From contig NC_045138.2 of NCBI RefSeq assembly GCF_008831285.2, positions 15,872,001 to 15,936,000 on the forward strand: DNA of 64,000 nucleotides. The letters run 5' to 3'. Position numbers and translations under genes: made by a program. The notes beneath the pieces are model-generated. The model was not told the DNA's origin and did not search any database. It saw nothing but the letters and a program-made list of their open reading frames with translations. Shown here piece by piece: positions 14,101-25,670 of this stretch. Source of the stretch: Nymphaea colorata (taxonomy: Eukaryota). Each line of letters begins with the position of its first letter. Positions within the stretch are counted from its first letter, which is position 1.

Positions 14101-15864
14101 CTTAGAGGGTTTTGTGTTGAGCAAAACGAGAGGTTCCCCTTCTGACTTCACAATATAGCATGTGCATCAACTTTTCCTTTCTTATTTTTAATTAGTTTAT
14201 GTGACCACAAACAGGTTCCTGATCTATGAATACATGCAAAATGGAAGCTTGAAGGACCATCTTCACTGTAATGTTCTAAGCTTCTTCTGTCGATGTGAGG
14301 ATCCTTATTTTCTGGTTATATGTCAATTAGTGACCGCTCTTCTCTTTTGCACGTTGCAGCTCCAGGAAAAGTTCCACTAAACTGGAAAATAAGAGTTCAG
14401 ATTGCCATAGATGTGGCGAATGCTCTGGTATTATATACTATTATATATTTCATGATCACATTTAGGTTAATTTTATGGAAACATGGCTAGCGAGAAGCAA
14501 ATGCACAGAAATCATCACCTTGTTCTGCTGACGGTCATGCTGTTTTCCTAATTATATTTGCTGGTCTTTCCTGCTGGCAGGAATACCTTCATTTCTATTG
14601 TGATCCTCCTCTCTGCCACAGAGATATAAAGTCTAGCAATATTCTGCTCGACGAGAATTTTGTTGCAAAGGTGAAATTTTCCTTGCCCATTTATATTGTT
14701 GCTTCAATATTTGTAAAGAAAAAATGAATATGATGAATCTAAAAATTGGGTCCTTCACAAGTTGAAGTGAACACAGAATGTGGTTATAAGTCATAATTTG
14801 TATGAAGAGCTTATTGCCCACAATATTGGACATTTTGAGATGCTGATGGAGTTGTATAACTGTAGGCAAAAGATTTATTTTGCAAGTTTAGTCTAATGCT
14901 GTCAGCTCTGATGTTTTGACTGGTTAATGGGTATGGCAGCCAAAGGAGCACTTTTTGCCTGAAGACTTTTGTTGTTTTCCTTAACCTTCTATGAATGGAA
15001 AACCTTTTTCATTGCAAAACTTTTCGCTGCGCGAAACTTTTTGAAACATTCAATTGTTCTGGCAAACTATCCTCAACATGACCAAGCAATAGACTTCATG
15101 CTTTCAGAACTTATTATACATTGTAAGTCAACATCCCCAGGTTGCAGATTTCGGCCTTGCACATGCTGCAAGGATAGGTGCAGTCAGCTTTGAACCAGTG
15201 AACACCGACATACGAGGAACTCCAGGTATTTAGTATAATATAATACTCTAGAACATATTTGGGTGGGCCTGTATGCTTGTATCAACATAATTTGGCTGGT
15301 TCTTGCTAAAAGAAGTTCTTCATTTCAGGTTACATGGATCCTGAGTATGTTGTGACGCAGGAACTTACAGAAAAGAGTGACATATACAGCTATGGAGTTT
15401 TGTTGCTCGAACTTATTACAGCACGGAGGGCAATACAGGATAGCAGGAACTTGGTGGAATGGTCTAGGAAATTTATGACATCAACATCAAGCCTACCTGA
15501 GATGGTTGATCCAATAATTGCTGATGCATATGATTTTGAACAACTTCATACTATGGTGAGAATTGTGAGATGGTGCACGCAAAGAGAAGGAAGATCCAGA
15601 CCATCGATCAAGCAGGTCCTTAGGTTGCTTCAGGAGAGTTTGGACCCCGTCCGGAGTACACTGGCTCAGGTTGCACAGGATGAAGATGGAGGGGGAGAAG
15701 GCACCAGGAATAAAGGGAAATTTCACAGGAACAGTGATGCAATAAGTCAAAATGGTGATGCTAGATATTTACAGTCATCATCCAGTACATCCAGGTCATA
15801 TTGTAGTAGAAGTTTCTTGCTTGATACAGGTTCACCTCCATCTCCAACTGGTCTATCAGTGTGA
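11120..15864 (+). CDS. Receptor-like Ser/Thr kinase with Cys-rich SPARK-type ectodomain (At1g49730-like)
   Basis: Exons 11120..11198 (signal peptide), 11874..12422 ([15 protein letters not shown], Cys-rich), 13492..13788 (Ser/Pro linker + [22 protein letters not shown]), 13871..14132 (GKGGFG, AVK), 14215..14267, 14360..14427, 14581..14670 (HRDIKSSN), 15141..15225 (DFG, RGTPG), 15329..15864 (YMDPEY..). All introns are GT-AG with consistent phases. Confidence 0.93.
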
Positions 15865-16190
15865 AAATACGAGAAATGGACAGTCTTATTCTCTGGGTTC
15901 GTCTGGCAGCTGTGGGCACTGAGATAGTCTTAAATTCCAACAGCTGGATTATGGGCTGGGCAGTTAACCCTGGCATAGGTATTCTGTTTTATTTGGCTGA
16001 GTTGTTCTCCTATAGCCATCTATAGCGGCATCATCCTCCAAGGTGTCATGTAGCTCATACTATTATTTTTTAATTTTTAGATGAATCTTGTTTTTTTATA
16101 TATATATATTCTGGGTATGTTCTTTTTTCTGTCCCTCTTTGTGTAATATGTAACTGTGGCAGCAGGCAAGTTCCATGAGTAGTGGTAATA

Positions 16191-16506
16191 CTTGAAAAAT
16201 CATGCCCCTGTCAATTTGGAAAATTTTGTACATCTCAATGACTTTGTATATTTGAGCAGTGTAAGTCATGGTAGTTAGATCCAGCAACCATTACTAAATT
16301 AAGCAATGTTAAATTGAACTGTTGATATTTTTTATCTGCAGAATTCTAAATTAAAAATTACTTGAAAAATCACACCAATCAATTTGGAAAATTTTGTATA
16401 TCCAAATGACTTTGTATTCGGGAAGTGGAAGTCATGCGAGAAGATCGAGCAACCAATAAATTGAACAATATTTATGATTTTTTTTTATGTGCAGCATTCC
16501 AGATTA
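16191..16506. repeat. Diverged ~160-bp tandem duplication downstream of the RLK
   Basis: CTTGAAAAATCA..CAATTTGGAAAATTTTGTA..AATGACTTTGTAT..AAGTCATG..AGATC.AGCAACCA at 16191 and 16361. Confidence 0.85.
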
Positions 16507-18199
16507 TATATGCAGGATTTTATATATGATATAATTAGAAAACTGACAATCTATAACTTTAATCGTTTGACAATAGGTACTACAATTTTATGATGAAAGT
16601 TTCATTGTTGTCCTTTGATGTTACAAGTATCTACATGATTACATAATTCTACGTGTTTCATGTTAGACCTTTCCAAAATGTGCTGTATATTGCTCATGCC
16701 GAAGCCTCATCTTGAGATAAAGTATTATTTTTGTAGCTTGATTTTTAACCTCAAACATACCATGCTTTGTTTTTTCCTTCTCCTGCTGTCAAGTGTTTAT
16801 TTGGAGTCTGGACAACCTGCTGCCTGGAGAGATATGCTAGGAATGTGTTTTCCTTGAACTATTCTATGTTTATTGTCTTCAGGCTCTGATACATATAGGT
16901 GTTCTTCGTTCTCATGCCCAATAGATATTTAACAAGAATTCATGAACATCTTATTTCCACTTTGATATCAGCCATATAAAGACGTAGAATATAAAATTGT
17001 CAATCTATGTCATGGATAGTTGACCAAATGGCATTTAGCACGACATTGTAAGTATTTTGGTGCACGTGTAGGGTGAACCATGAGGATTCGGTCCAGCCAG
17101 GAACCTATAGCAGTGACCCTGGGCTCGGCCCCAGCCGACCTAATTATAATATATATATATATAATTAGACTGGTACGACTAGTTATTGGGTGAGCCCAAG
17201 GCCTTATTTCACCACCCGGGCCGGGTACCCAAAAGGCCGTCAAGTGCCTTGCCGAACACGCAGCTTTACTCGTGTGGGTGATCTCATATTTAAGGACCTT
17301 GTTCAAAAGTAGAGATGATAATACTGCACATTTGTTCTTATCAGTGTGCATCAGTAGTGTAGGCCAGAAAGGATGCTACTGCACATATGTTCACCAAATA
17401 AAAGTACCCCAACTGTGGATAGTATAACTTCATAGTTTGTTTGGACATCAATTGGAGTCGATCACTTGCTATTGCAGGGAAAAGACCAGCTACTCTTTCA
17501 AGAACATGAGAGTCTGGTTCTTTTGGAAGATATTTTATATCAATATTATTGACAGCATTTGAAGATCGACGGTTCTACAGCATGCAATAGTTGTTTTATA
17601 CCATTGCACTCTCATGAAAGAAAGGATGAACTTGATCACTAATGATCTTATTGAGCACGTCCATGAAAAGAAAGGAGAATAATACTTCGGCTGGTTGGAC
17701 AAAGGTTGAACATTTAGCCAAGATGATCAATAGTATGAATCATTCAAGAGTGATGTAGCCGCATGTTTCTGAGGATAAAGTTGTGGAAATACTGATATCC
17801 TGGAGAATATTGATGAATGAACAAAAACAAGTGCATATGCAACAATGCTGAACAGGATATGTAAGGGCATCTTGACCAGGTTGCATCTGATATCTAAAGA
17901 AAGTTTCAAAATGTCATTAATATCATGTTCATTTGAGTGCTTGACAATTTGATGATCCATCAATGCACACGAGTTCTTTATGTGCAGCTGTCAAATCCAA
18001 GATAATCATCCGGTTACCTATATGGACTTGCATTTGCTATTTAGCATGGGCACAATTTCTCCCATAGAATCATCTTCGCCTATTTGGTGAAAGTGGAGTA
18101 TGGGGCGTTAATGATCAGCTACTGCTAGAAGCTCTTTATGATTGTAATCATATTTTGACGATTGAGCAATTAAATTCCAGATACACTTGCAGCATTTTC

Positions 18200-20509
18200 C
18201 TAATGAACAATAGCTACTATAGGACTCGAGACAATGTGTTCAGATTTTTCATCAGTCCACCTCAGGTACCCATAAGCCACTCGAGTTCCCTTCTGCCCTG
18301 CCGACAGAGCTTCTTCATCAACCTCTAAATGTAACCTGAAAATCTGCTTATCGTTCCTTTCACTAAAGGTAAGAGAAGAAGGTGTGATGATCACCTTCAT
18401 TCCCTTTGGGACATCTACTGCTGAACTGTAAACTGCATCTGGCAACCCCACATTGGTAAGCACCCTGATAAAGGTCTTATTTTTAGGATATGATGGTACA
18501 TCTGTTTTGTTGAAGACAGCAATGAACGAAGGGTAGTTCAGGTCTCCCTTGTCAAGTTTGCACTCCCACTTGCGCAGTCTCAGCATTGCCATCATCTGCT
18601 TGGTAGTGTAGTTAAGTGTGCATATGAAGTTGACATAATCCTGAAAGTCTAGATCATATATGAGCCCAGGGTCCATGGCTCGGTTTGGGTCAACATGACC
18701 AGATCCAAAGTCAAGAGGTGTGGCAGGTTGGCTTGTCCCTTCATTTCTGATAATTGCATGTCTGTTGTCATATATTTGAGCTGTAGTCATGATAGCAGAC
18801 TTTATGGCTGCTGCACTCCAGTCTTGGTGCACAGATCGGACCAATGCAGCTACTGCAGCTACATGGGGCGATGACATTGATGTCCCTGAGTCAAGTGCAT
18901 ATGTAGAAACAAGTTTGTCTGAGCGATATTTTGCAGTTGGATTGTGTGGTACCCAAGCAGCAAGCACATCCTTCCCTGGAGCTAGAACATCAGGCTTAAG
19001 TACCATTGGGCTAATTGGATTTGGCCCTCTTGAAGAGAAATACGTTACCTGAGGTGCTGGTTTTGCATTGTGCTTTGTGATCTGGAAAGTCATCTCTTTC
19101 ACAGTAGCATTAATTGTTTGTGAAGCATACTGTTTAACTCGATCAGCTTCCGATGGTTGCACAACCAGACTAGGAATGTATAAGCTGTCTGGTTCCAACA
19201 ACATGGTATGACCTACAAAGATGCCCGCTGCAGCACCAGCTCGATTCACTTCATCAATCTGATTAAAGATATTAGTCTGGTTGTTCATATCACAGAGCAC
19301 AACTTTTCCAGCAACCTGGCTAACCTCAAGAGAGGAGTTCAAGCAGGAGGCCTTAGAGATGTTGCTTCTGTCATAATACAGTGGCAGATCAGCAATATAA
19401 ATACTTAGAGGAAAGTAAGATGTTCCATGGAGCATAAAACCATTTCCTAGAGTTAAAGAGGCAGAAAAACTTCGGTCTGTGGTGCCTGCACCAACCGTCA
19501 TGATCCAAGGTGCACCATTCAAGACAGAGTACCATGATGAGCCACTGTTTCCTGCTGAGCAGCTGACCAGTATCCCCCTTCTGACTGCTGAGAGAGCACC
19601 GATGGCAATAACATCCTCATGGTAAGGTGATGCTGGTTTGAATGCGAGAGAGAGTGACATCACATCGACCCCATCAGCAATAGCTTGATCTATTCCAGCA
19701 AGCACATCAGTGGCAGCACTGCTGTCATCATCAGAAGACCAGACAACCTTGTATATAGCAACACGAGCAGCAGGGGCAATTCCTTTTGCAGAGCCCTTAG
19801 CATAGCCAAAGTACTCCACATTGTGAACGTAGTTTCCTGCTGCTGTGGATGACGTATGGGTGCCATGTCCATCGAAATCTCTTGGAGAGTCATAATCAAA
19901 GTCCTCGATGTGTAGTCCACTTGCTCTCAGTCCCTTGCTGAAAGACCGAGCTCCAATCAGTTTCCGGTTGCAGAGTGACATGCTGAATGTAGTTCGATTC
20001 TCACACCTTCCTTTCCATCGGTCTGGAACTGGTGACAAGCCATGGTCATCGAAGCTCTTGCTCTCAGGCCATATTCCTGTATCTAGTATGCCAATGATTA
20101 TGTCACTGCCATATGATGATTCTGGCCATATGCCTGAAGTTTTTGACAGTCCTAGGAACTTGGGAGTGTAAGTTGTGAGGAGCTGTCCGTACGAGTCTGG
20201 GTATGAGGCAACATGAGCAGGGTGATTCTCAAGCTCTGCAAGCTCAGAGAATGTGAGCCTGGCACTGAATCCATGCATGGCATGAGTATAAGTGTAAAGC
20301 AGCCTATCCTCCATCGCAGATGATGGCAATGACGATGATGATGAGAGTGATGCCAGGGTTGAGAGGTGCCACTCTTCATGGGTAGAGAAACTGGTTGGTC
20401 TCTTTGAGTGGTCCATATGAATGATGTAGGTTTTGTGCTCTTCCACAGCCCATGTGAAATTGAGACAGGTAAAGCAAAGAAGGTTGAGGAGAAGAAGAAA
20501 GGAGCCCAT
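18200..20509 (-). CDS. Subtilisin-like serine protease (S8A, SBT1 group), intronless, 769 aa
   Basis: Signal peptide, I9 prodomain (YIIHM..LYTYTHAMHGFSARL), mature start LL|TTYT, catalytic Asp (ILDTG), His (HGTH), Ser (GTSMS), oxyanion Asn (SAGN), PA domain and C-terminal Fn3-like domain (LNYPSF). Confidence 0.96.
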   Translation of the reverse strand: MGSFLLLLNLLCFTCLNFTWAVEEHKTYIIHMDHSKRPTSFSTHEEWHLSTLASLSSSSSLPSSAMEDRLLYTYTHAMHGFSARLTFSELAELENHPAHVASYPDSYGQLLTTYTPKFLGLSKTSGIWPESSYGSDIIIGILDTGIWPESKSFDDHGLSPVPDRWKGRCENRTTFSMSLCNRKLIGARSFSKGLRASGLHIEDFDYDSPRDFDGHGTHTSSTAAGNYVHNVEYFGYAKGSAKGIAPAARVAIYKVVWSSDDDSSAATDVLAGIDQAIADGVDVMSLSLAFKPASPYHEDVIAIGALSAVRRGILVSCSAGNSGSSWYSVLNGAPWIMTVGAGTTDRSFSASLTLGNGFMLHGTSYFPLSIYIADLPLYYDRSNISKASCLNSSLEVSQVAGKVVLCDMNNQTNIFNQIDEVNRAGAAAGIFVGHTMLLEPDSLYIPSLVVQPSEADRVKQYASQTINATVKEMTFQITKHNAKPAPQVTYFSSRGPNPISPMVLKPDVLAPGKDVLAAWVPHNPTAKYRSDKLVSTYALDSGTSMSSPHVAAVAALVRSVHQDWSAAAIKSAIMTTAQIYDNRHAIIRNEGTSQPATPLDFGSGHVDPNRAMDPGLIYDLDFQDYVNFICTLNYTTKQMMAMLRLRKWECKLDKGDLNYPSFIAVFNKTDVPSYPKNKTFIRVLTNVGLPDAVYSSAVDVPKGMKVIITPSSLTFSERNDKQIFRLHLEVDEEALSAGQKGTRVAYGYLRWTDEKSEHIVSSPIVAIVH

Positions 20510-20694
20510 ATTTGTTCACCTTGATCAGGGTAGTGGAATACCCTGCAATGGCTATCGGGGAGCTTTGTTTTGATTCATATAAGAGAGAGATGAACTCGGG
20601 TGAAGCCAAAAGAAGGAAATTGTAAAGAAACACAGCAGATGGCTAAAGCAGATCTCTTCATATATTCGTTCGCTGCATTGAGGACATACATGTA

Positions 20695-20752
20695 AACCGT
20701 TTCAGCATGATAATTACATAAGTAACCGTTTCAGCATGATAATTACATAAGT
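20695..20752. repeat. Perfect 29-bp tandem duplication
   Basis: AACCGTTTCAGCATGATAATTACATAAGT x2, ~190-240 nt upstream of the minus-strand subtilase ATG. Confidence 0.95.
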
Positions 20753-20959
20753 AAAATCAGGAAGGAAACACAATCAAGAGAATATTAAGCTGGATTCTTC
20801 CAGCTGTGATGATGATTTCTTCCAGAAAACAACTACAAGTCTGTTCTTGCAGTTTACAGAATGCAATCACGACAGCTAAGGATAATGTTACCTTTTTAGC
20901 CTCCTCTACCGATGCTGCTGAGATTTCAGTAAATATGACAGCTTATATGTTAAGAGAAA

Positions 20960-21950
20960 TCAAATATCAGTAACTGCCTGTATTGTTATGCAGGCTAAAA
21001 TCCATGTTCTATTCTTACTCTATAGCAAGTTATTGCTTCACATCTTTATATAGCTCAAGTTGAGGATTTACTTTCAGACAAAACAGATGATGCTCTTTTG
21101 GGTTATTTGGCAGCAGAAACACTTCAAGTGTCCCATGAATATGCTCAAAAGATGAATATGATCAAAAGATTGGGGCAGATTCATCAAACACTAGAATCTG
21201 CCTCAATCTTTAGAACAGATTCACGGGACATGCTCAAAGTGTTCATACTGCCAAACTACCTCTTGGGAATAGGGGCAAAACACTTTTTGCTTTTGTTTTC
21301 TCTAAGAAACTTAGTTGTTGGACTGAATCTTTTGGAAAAGCCAAGTTGGATGCTTTCAGTGAAATGTTTAGACGTCACATCAATGGAATCTTGTACGCAA
21401 AATATTATGGAAAGTTGACTAGTCATAAAACAGAATTTAGGCATGCAGGGTTTCCCATGTTTATTTTACACAGTTACATCATTCACTGGATTACATTCCG
21501 ACATACTTGACCAACCAAATGAGAAATAATATCCGTAAGTTTATTGAATTATTATTTATTAACCTGCAGTGCTACAATATCACATACTGAAATTTTAGAA
21601 CTATAACGTGTATATGGAAAATAACTATTTACTCTCTCTCTCTCTCACGAACACACACATAATTCGGTTTTTCTTATCGCTCTTCACTTGTACAGGCAAC
21701 AAGTAATTGTCAGGTTCTTTGTACAATTCATCTTAAGGGATCTCTCTCTTTTGCTGTTTTGCTGACAATCATTCAAGTTGGAAAACAACTTTTCTTTTAG
21801 GTTTTGTCAAGACTTATTTTATTCATATCATCATCATAATCATGTATCTTTTCTTTTATTTTACTATTGCTCGGAGTTCTTGAGCGGAAATGGTACTGAA
21901 AGGGTGACTTTTAATAAAGCCATCTTCATTGCACACTGCAAGGTGTCCTC
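20960..21950 (+). repeat. More diverged, partial paralog of the same upstream block
   Basis: Anchors TAGCTCAAGTTG (~21051), CAAGTTGGATGCTTT..CATCAATGGAATCTTG (~21343-21393), CAACAAG, GTTTTGTCAAG, AGGGTGACT..CATCTTCATT occur in the same order as in the 23.3 kb copy; most also recur in the 28.5 and 34.4 kb copies. Confidence 0.75.
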
Positions 21951-23299
21951 TCAATGAACAACAATTGGGTCTAACAAAATCCCAAAACCGGACACTTTAA
22001 ACTAAAAGTTGCAAATAACTCTAATTACTTGAATTTGTTACTTCAGAAACTACCAAGCTGCATTAAGATGGTCGAATCCTCCAATGTTCTCCACACCAAG
22101 AAAGATCAAGAACCAGCTGATTAAAAGAAAAAAATCACACATCCTTGGCCTAAATACTTTGTGGCAGCTTATAATCGGTAATTCATAGGATCAGATGGTG
22201 AAATGGGTGTTAAGCAGGAGCTAATCCATGGCTTCGGAGGTGAAGACCTACTTAAAGTCCCACGCCTGCCAATCTGCACCTAGAGGATCCTCATAGTGGC
22301 CATACTTATGCGGGCTCGCCCAGATTAACTTGCTCTGATCTCCATACTTTTCCTCATTCTAGAAGCATAAACTCAGGAGCTTCTCTAAATTAATATCACA
22401 TGGAGCATCTTCCTAATCAATGAGCATGGCACTACAGCACTTTGATCATAAGTTTTGTGAAAGACCACATGTTTCAGTAGCTCCGTACGCTGCAGCTTCG
22501 GAATGGTTCCAAATCCAAGGAAGTGGCGCGTCCCCGGTGTCTGCATATATTCACAAAGAGCAATAAGTGGACCCAAAGTTCCTTGATTCAAGAATGCAAC
22601 TGAGTTGGATTTAGATAGGCAAGGTTTGAGGATTATATACTTTGATGGATCAGAACTGTTACAGCAAAAAAAAAAAAAAAAAGAGAAACTCAGAAGCAGA
22701 AACTTCAACAGAAGAGATTCAGGCCAGATATAGCTATTACCATATCATTAATTCTCTCAATCGGACTTAAAATCAGATCCCATTTAAATCCCACAAAACC
22801 ATATGCCGATTTTTGCGTGGAATCAGAGCCAGAAACCTGTGAAAGTTGAATGTTCGTTAGACCCAACAAGGAAATTCCAGTTACATCGCTGCCTCCGGTC
22901 AGTAATCCGATGTTGGTCGGCACTTTATCAAATCCAACTACTTGAATTTGGATTAAGAATCAACACATGATATCACATGATATCCGAATCCTTGAAATCA
23001 ACTCAGAAGTACATCCAAACTGATTTACATCCCATCCCTAGTTAAACAGATCACCCTTTTGGTTTAGAGTGTTCGGGCTAGCAAAATGGGGTAAACAAAA
23101 AACCAGATTAGTGTATAAACAGAAATCCAGCTCTTCAAATCCAGGAACTTAACTTTGGGATGTAAAATACCAGAAGCGCTGGCACACTTCATTCGTTCTT
23201 TTAAAGAGAGAGAGATAGAGAGAGAGAGACTGCTCAATTGACCCATGTTGTAACCATTGGAAAAAAGAAAGAGAGGAAAATTATTATGAATGCCATATA

Positions 23300-25670
23300 T
23301 ATATTACAATATTCAGTTCACTCCATGAAACGCATCTAATAAAGGAGAAGTGGTAGAGCAAATGCATCCAAATGACTTGCTATGGTTTGGAGCTGATTAA
23401 ATTTGTGTCTGGATTGTCGATGTTAAATCATGCTATACTCGAAATACCCACATCAAATGAGATATCGGTGACCAAATTCCATCTTCTGTTTTCACTGTTC
23501 AAGATTATATCAAGGAATTATTTGTAACATCTTTTTACATAGCTCAAGTTGCGGATTTAACAGAACAGATGATGCTCTCTGCTTTTGGTTTTTCTGAGGA
23601 AACTCATCGTCGGATTGGATCTTTAGGAAGAGACAACTGACAAGTTGGATGCTTTTGGAGGAATTTTTACATGTCGACATCAATGGAATCTTGAATCTGA
23701 AACATCCAGAAAAGATGAAGAGGCGTCGAATACAATTTCATGCGGAAGGCGTTTATTCAGTGATCAGTTAAAGGTTGCTATGCATAAATTGTGGACAATG
23801 ATTATGTACCACTCTCTCTTCCTCTCTCATAATTGAACTTTTCTTGGAACCTTTCACTTGAACACGCAACAAGCATTTGTCACGTCCCGCGCACAATTTA
23901 TCTGATGTCATGAGGAATCTCTATCTTTGTTCTCTTCAATTATGATTGCAATTATTCATTAATTTTGGAAAAGAGATTTTCTTTTTTATAAGGTTTTGTC
24001 AAGGCTTATCTTATGTCATCCCTCATTATCATCTTTTTTTTTTCTTTGTTTTTTCGTTAAATTTCATCAAAATACTGAGGTTAAGCGTCTTGGAACATGA
24101 ATACTGCTGAGGGTGACTCTTCAAGGGGCGTTTGATATATGTAGAACCATGAAATTATTAAACAAACGAGGTATTTTGTTTCTGGAATTAGGAAACTGAA
24201 ACCTGGAATTTTGATTCCGTTTCAGTTAGAGAAGGAATTATGATTCTGGAATTGCATTCTTATATCAAAATTCTAAACCATCAAACACCTTCGGTGGAGG
24301 CATCTCCATGCACACTGTCTTCTGTGTAAATACAATTTAGGTGAGCAGAAGCAGCCCGAAAAAGGAAGGAGTTGATCTAAGATGCATCTTCGTTATTTTA
24401 TATATCTGTTGATAGGATGCTCTTTTTGGAAAGTTTTGTCAAAAGCTGAGCACTTTTTTTTGTTAATTTTTAAACGAAAAGTGGTAATTGTTATTTCTCG
24501 AACAAATATAAATTAATTAAAGATACAATCAATGAAGGTTAAAATATTTAAAAAAGTAATTAAAAGTTTCCACATGAAACCCTTGAATTTGCCACTAAGT
24601 CGCCAACAACATTGGAAGGGATTTTAATTTCATGGTCATGCCATTTATTGAGCTAAGTATATGCATGAAATGATGCTGGTTAAGGCCGTCGATGAAGCTT
24701 TTAATCTAACGTCGACCTAGTTAATGAGAATTAGATTGGATATAATTGTTTCCATATCGCCTGTTCTTCAATTATGAACTACAGATAACCTCAGGATCAT
24801 TCACCTAATATTCAGATTAAAATATAGTCTTTGAAAATGATGATACTTAACTGATTCAATAAAAAAAAAGGTTCTATATCATATCAACATTTGATTACTA
24901 ACTGAATACGATTTTTTCTTTTTAATCAATTCCACCAACTTGAGTTGGGATTGGAATTAAGCATCCCCAAGTAATATGAATTAACATACCTGGCATTGAT
25001 GATTAATTAAGGTATGAAAAACTCTACACCTATAGATATTCTACACAGAAACTTAAGTAGGCAAAAATGAACTATAGCTTGTAACAAACACTCATAAACC
25101 AAGATTTCTAGTGTTGACATCTCAAGATTTCCAAGGTTGGTATGATGATCTCGAGATGTTGGAGATATTTGTGTGTTTGCTAATGTTTACCAAGATGGCA
25201 GAAAAAAATACTCAGTAGAATCCATCCGATTCATAACTCCCTTTTTTTTTTAGAAAAAAAAAAACCAGATCTGGGCATCCACTCCTAGACCCCAAAAAAC
25301 GAGAAAAAGTGATGCACGATAAACATTGACTTAAGGTCTGGGATATGACATCTAGCGGACAAGAACTATTGAACTTAAAGTCCAAGAATCCAAGATGTCA
25401 CTTGTCCTCAAAATAAAGTGCAAAACATGTTTGATATCATCTAAATTGTAATTGCTGCTTTCTACTTCACTTCACCATCCTGCCCGTCTATTCCACAATA
25501 TCCTGCACTTTTTGTAGCGTGTAAACCATGGAGAGCGAATCAACAGCGGCAGCAAGTCACAATCAAACACCAATAATTTATGGCAAAGAGACGTGAAGAA
25601 ATTTGGTGTCTCGGTTCACTGCATCAGCCATGATTGTGGAGTGCATGGGGAGGCTTTTTCCCCGAGAATT
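23300..25670 (+). repeat. Gene-less paralog of the subtilase upstream region
   Basis: Shares ordered anchors with 28530..30500 and 34370..37200: TTCAGTTCACTCCATGAA, TAGCTCAAGTTG, AAAGTTCTATATCACATCA-like, TACTTCACTTCACCATCCTGCC, CGTGAAGAAATT. Confidence 0.85.
24124..24290. mobile_element. Tourist/PIF-Harbinger-like MITE
   Basis: TIRs AGGGGCGTTTGAT / ATCAAACACCT; degenerate 3-bp TSD (TCA/TCG); absent from the paralogous sites at ~21910 and ~29360. Confidence 0.75.

Noticed and set aside
17068..17270. GC-rich region around a TA-centred palindrome as a miRNA precursor
   Set aside because: Pairing is limited to the short TA palindrome and no known mature miRNA was recognised; more likely a MITE remnant.
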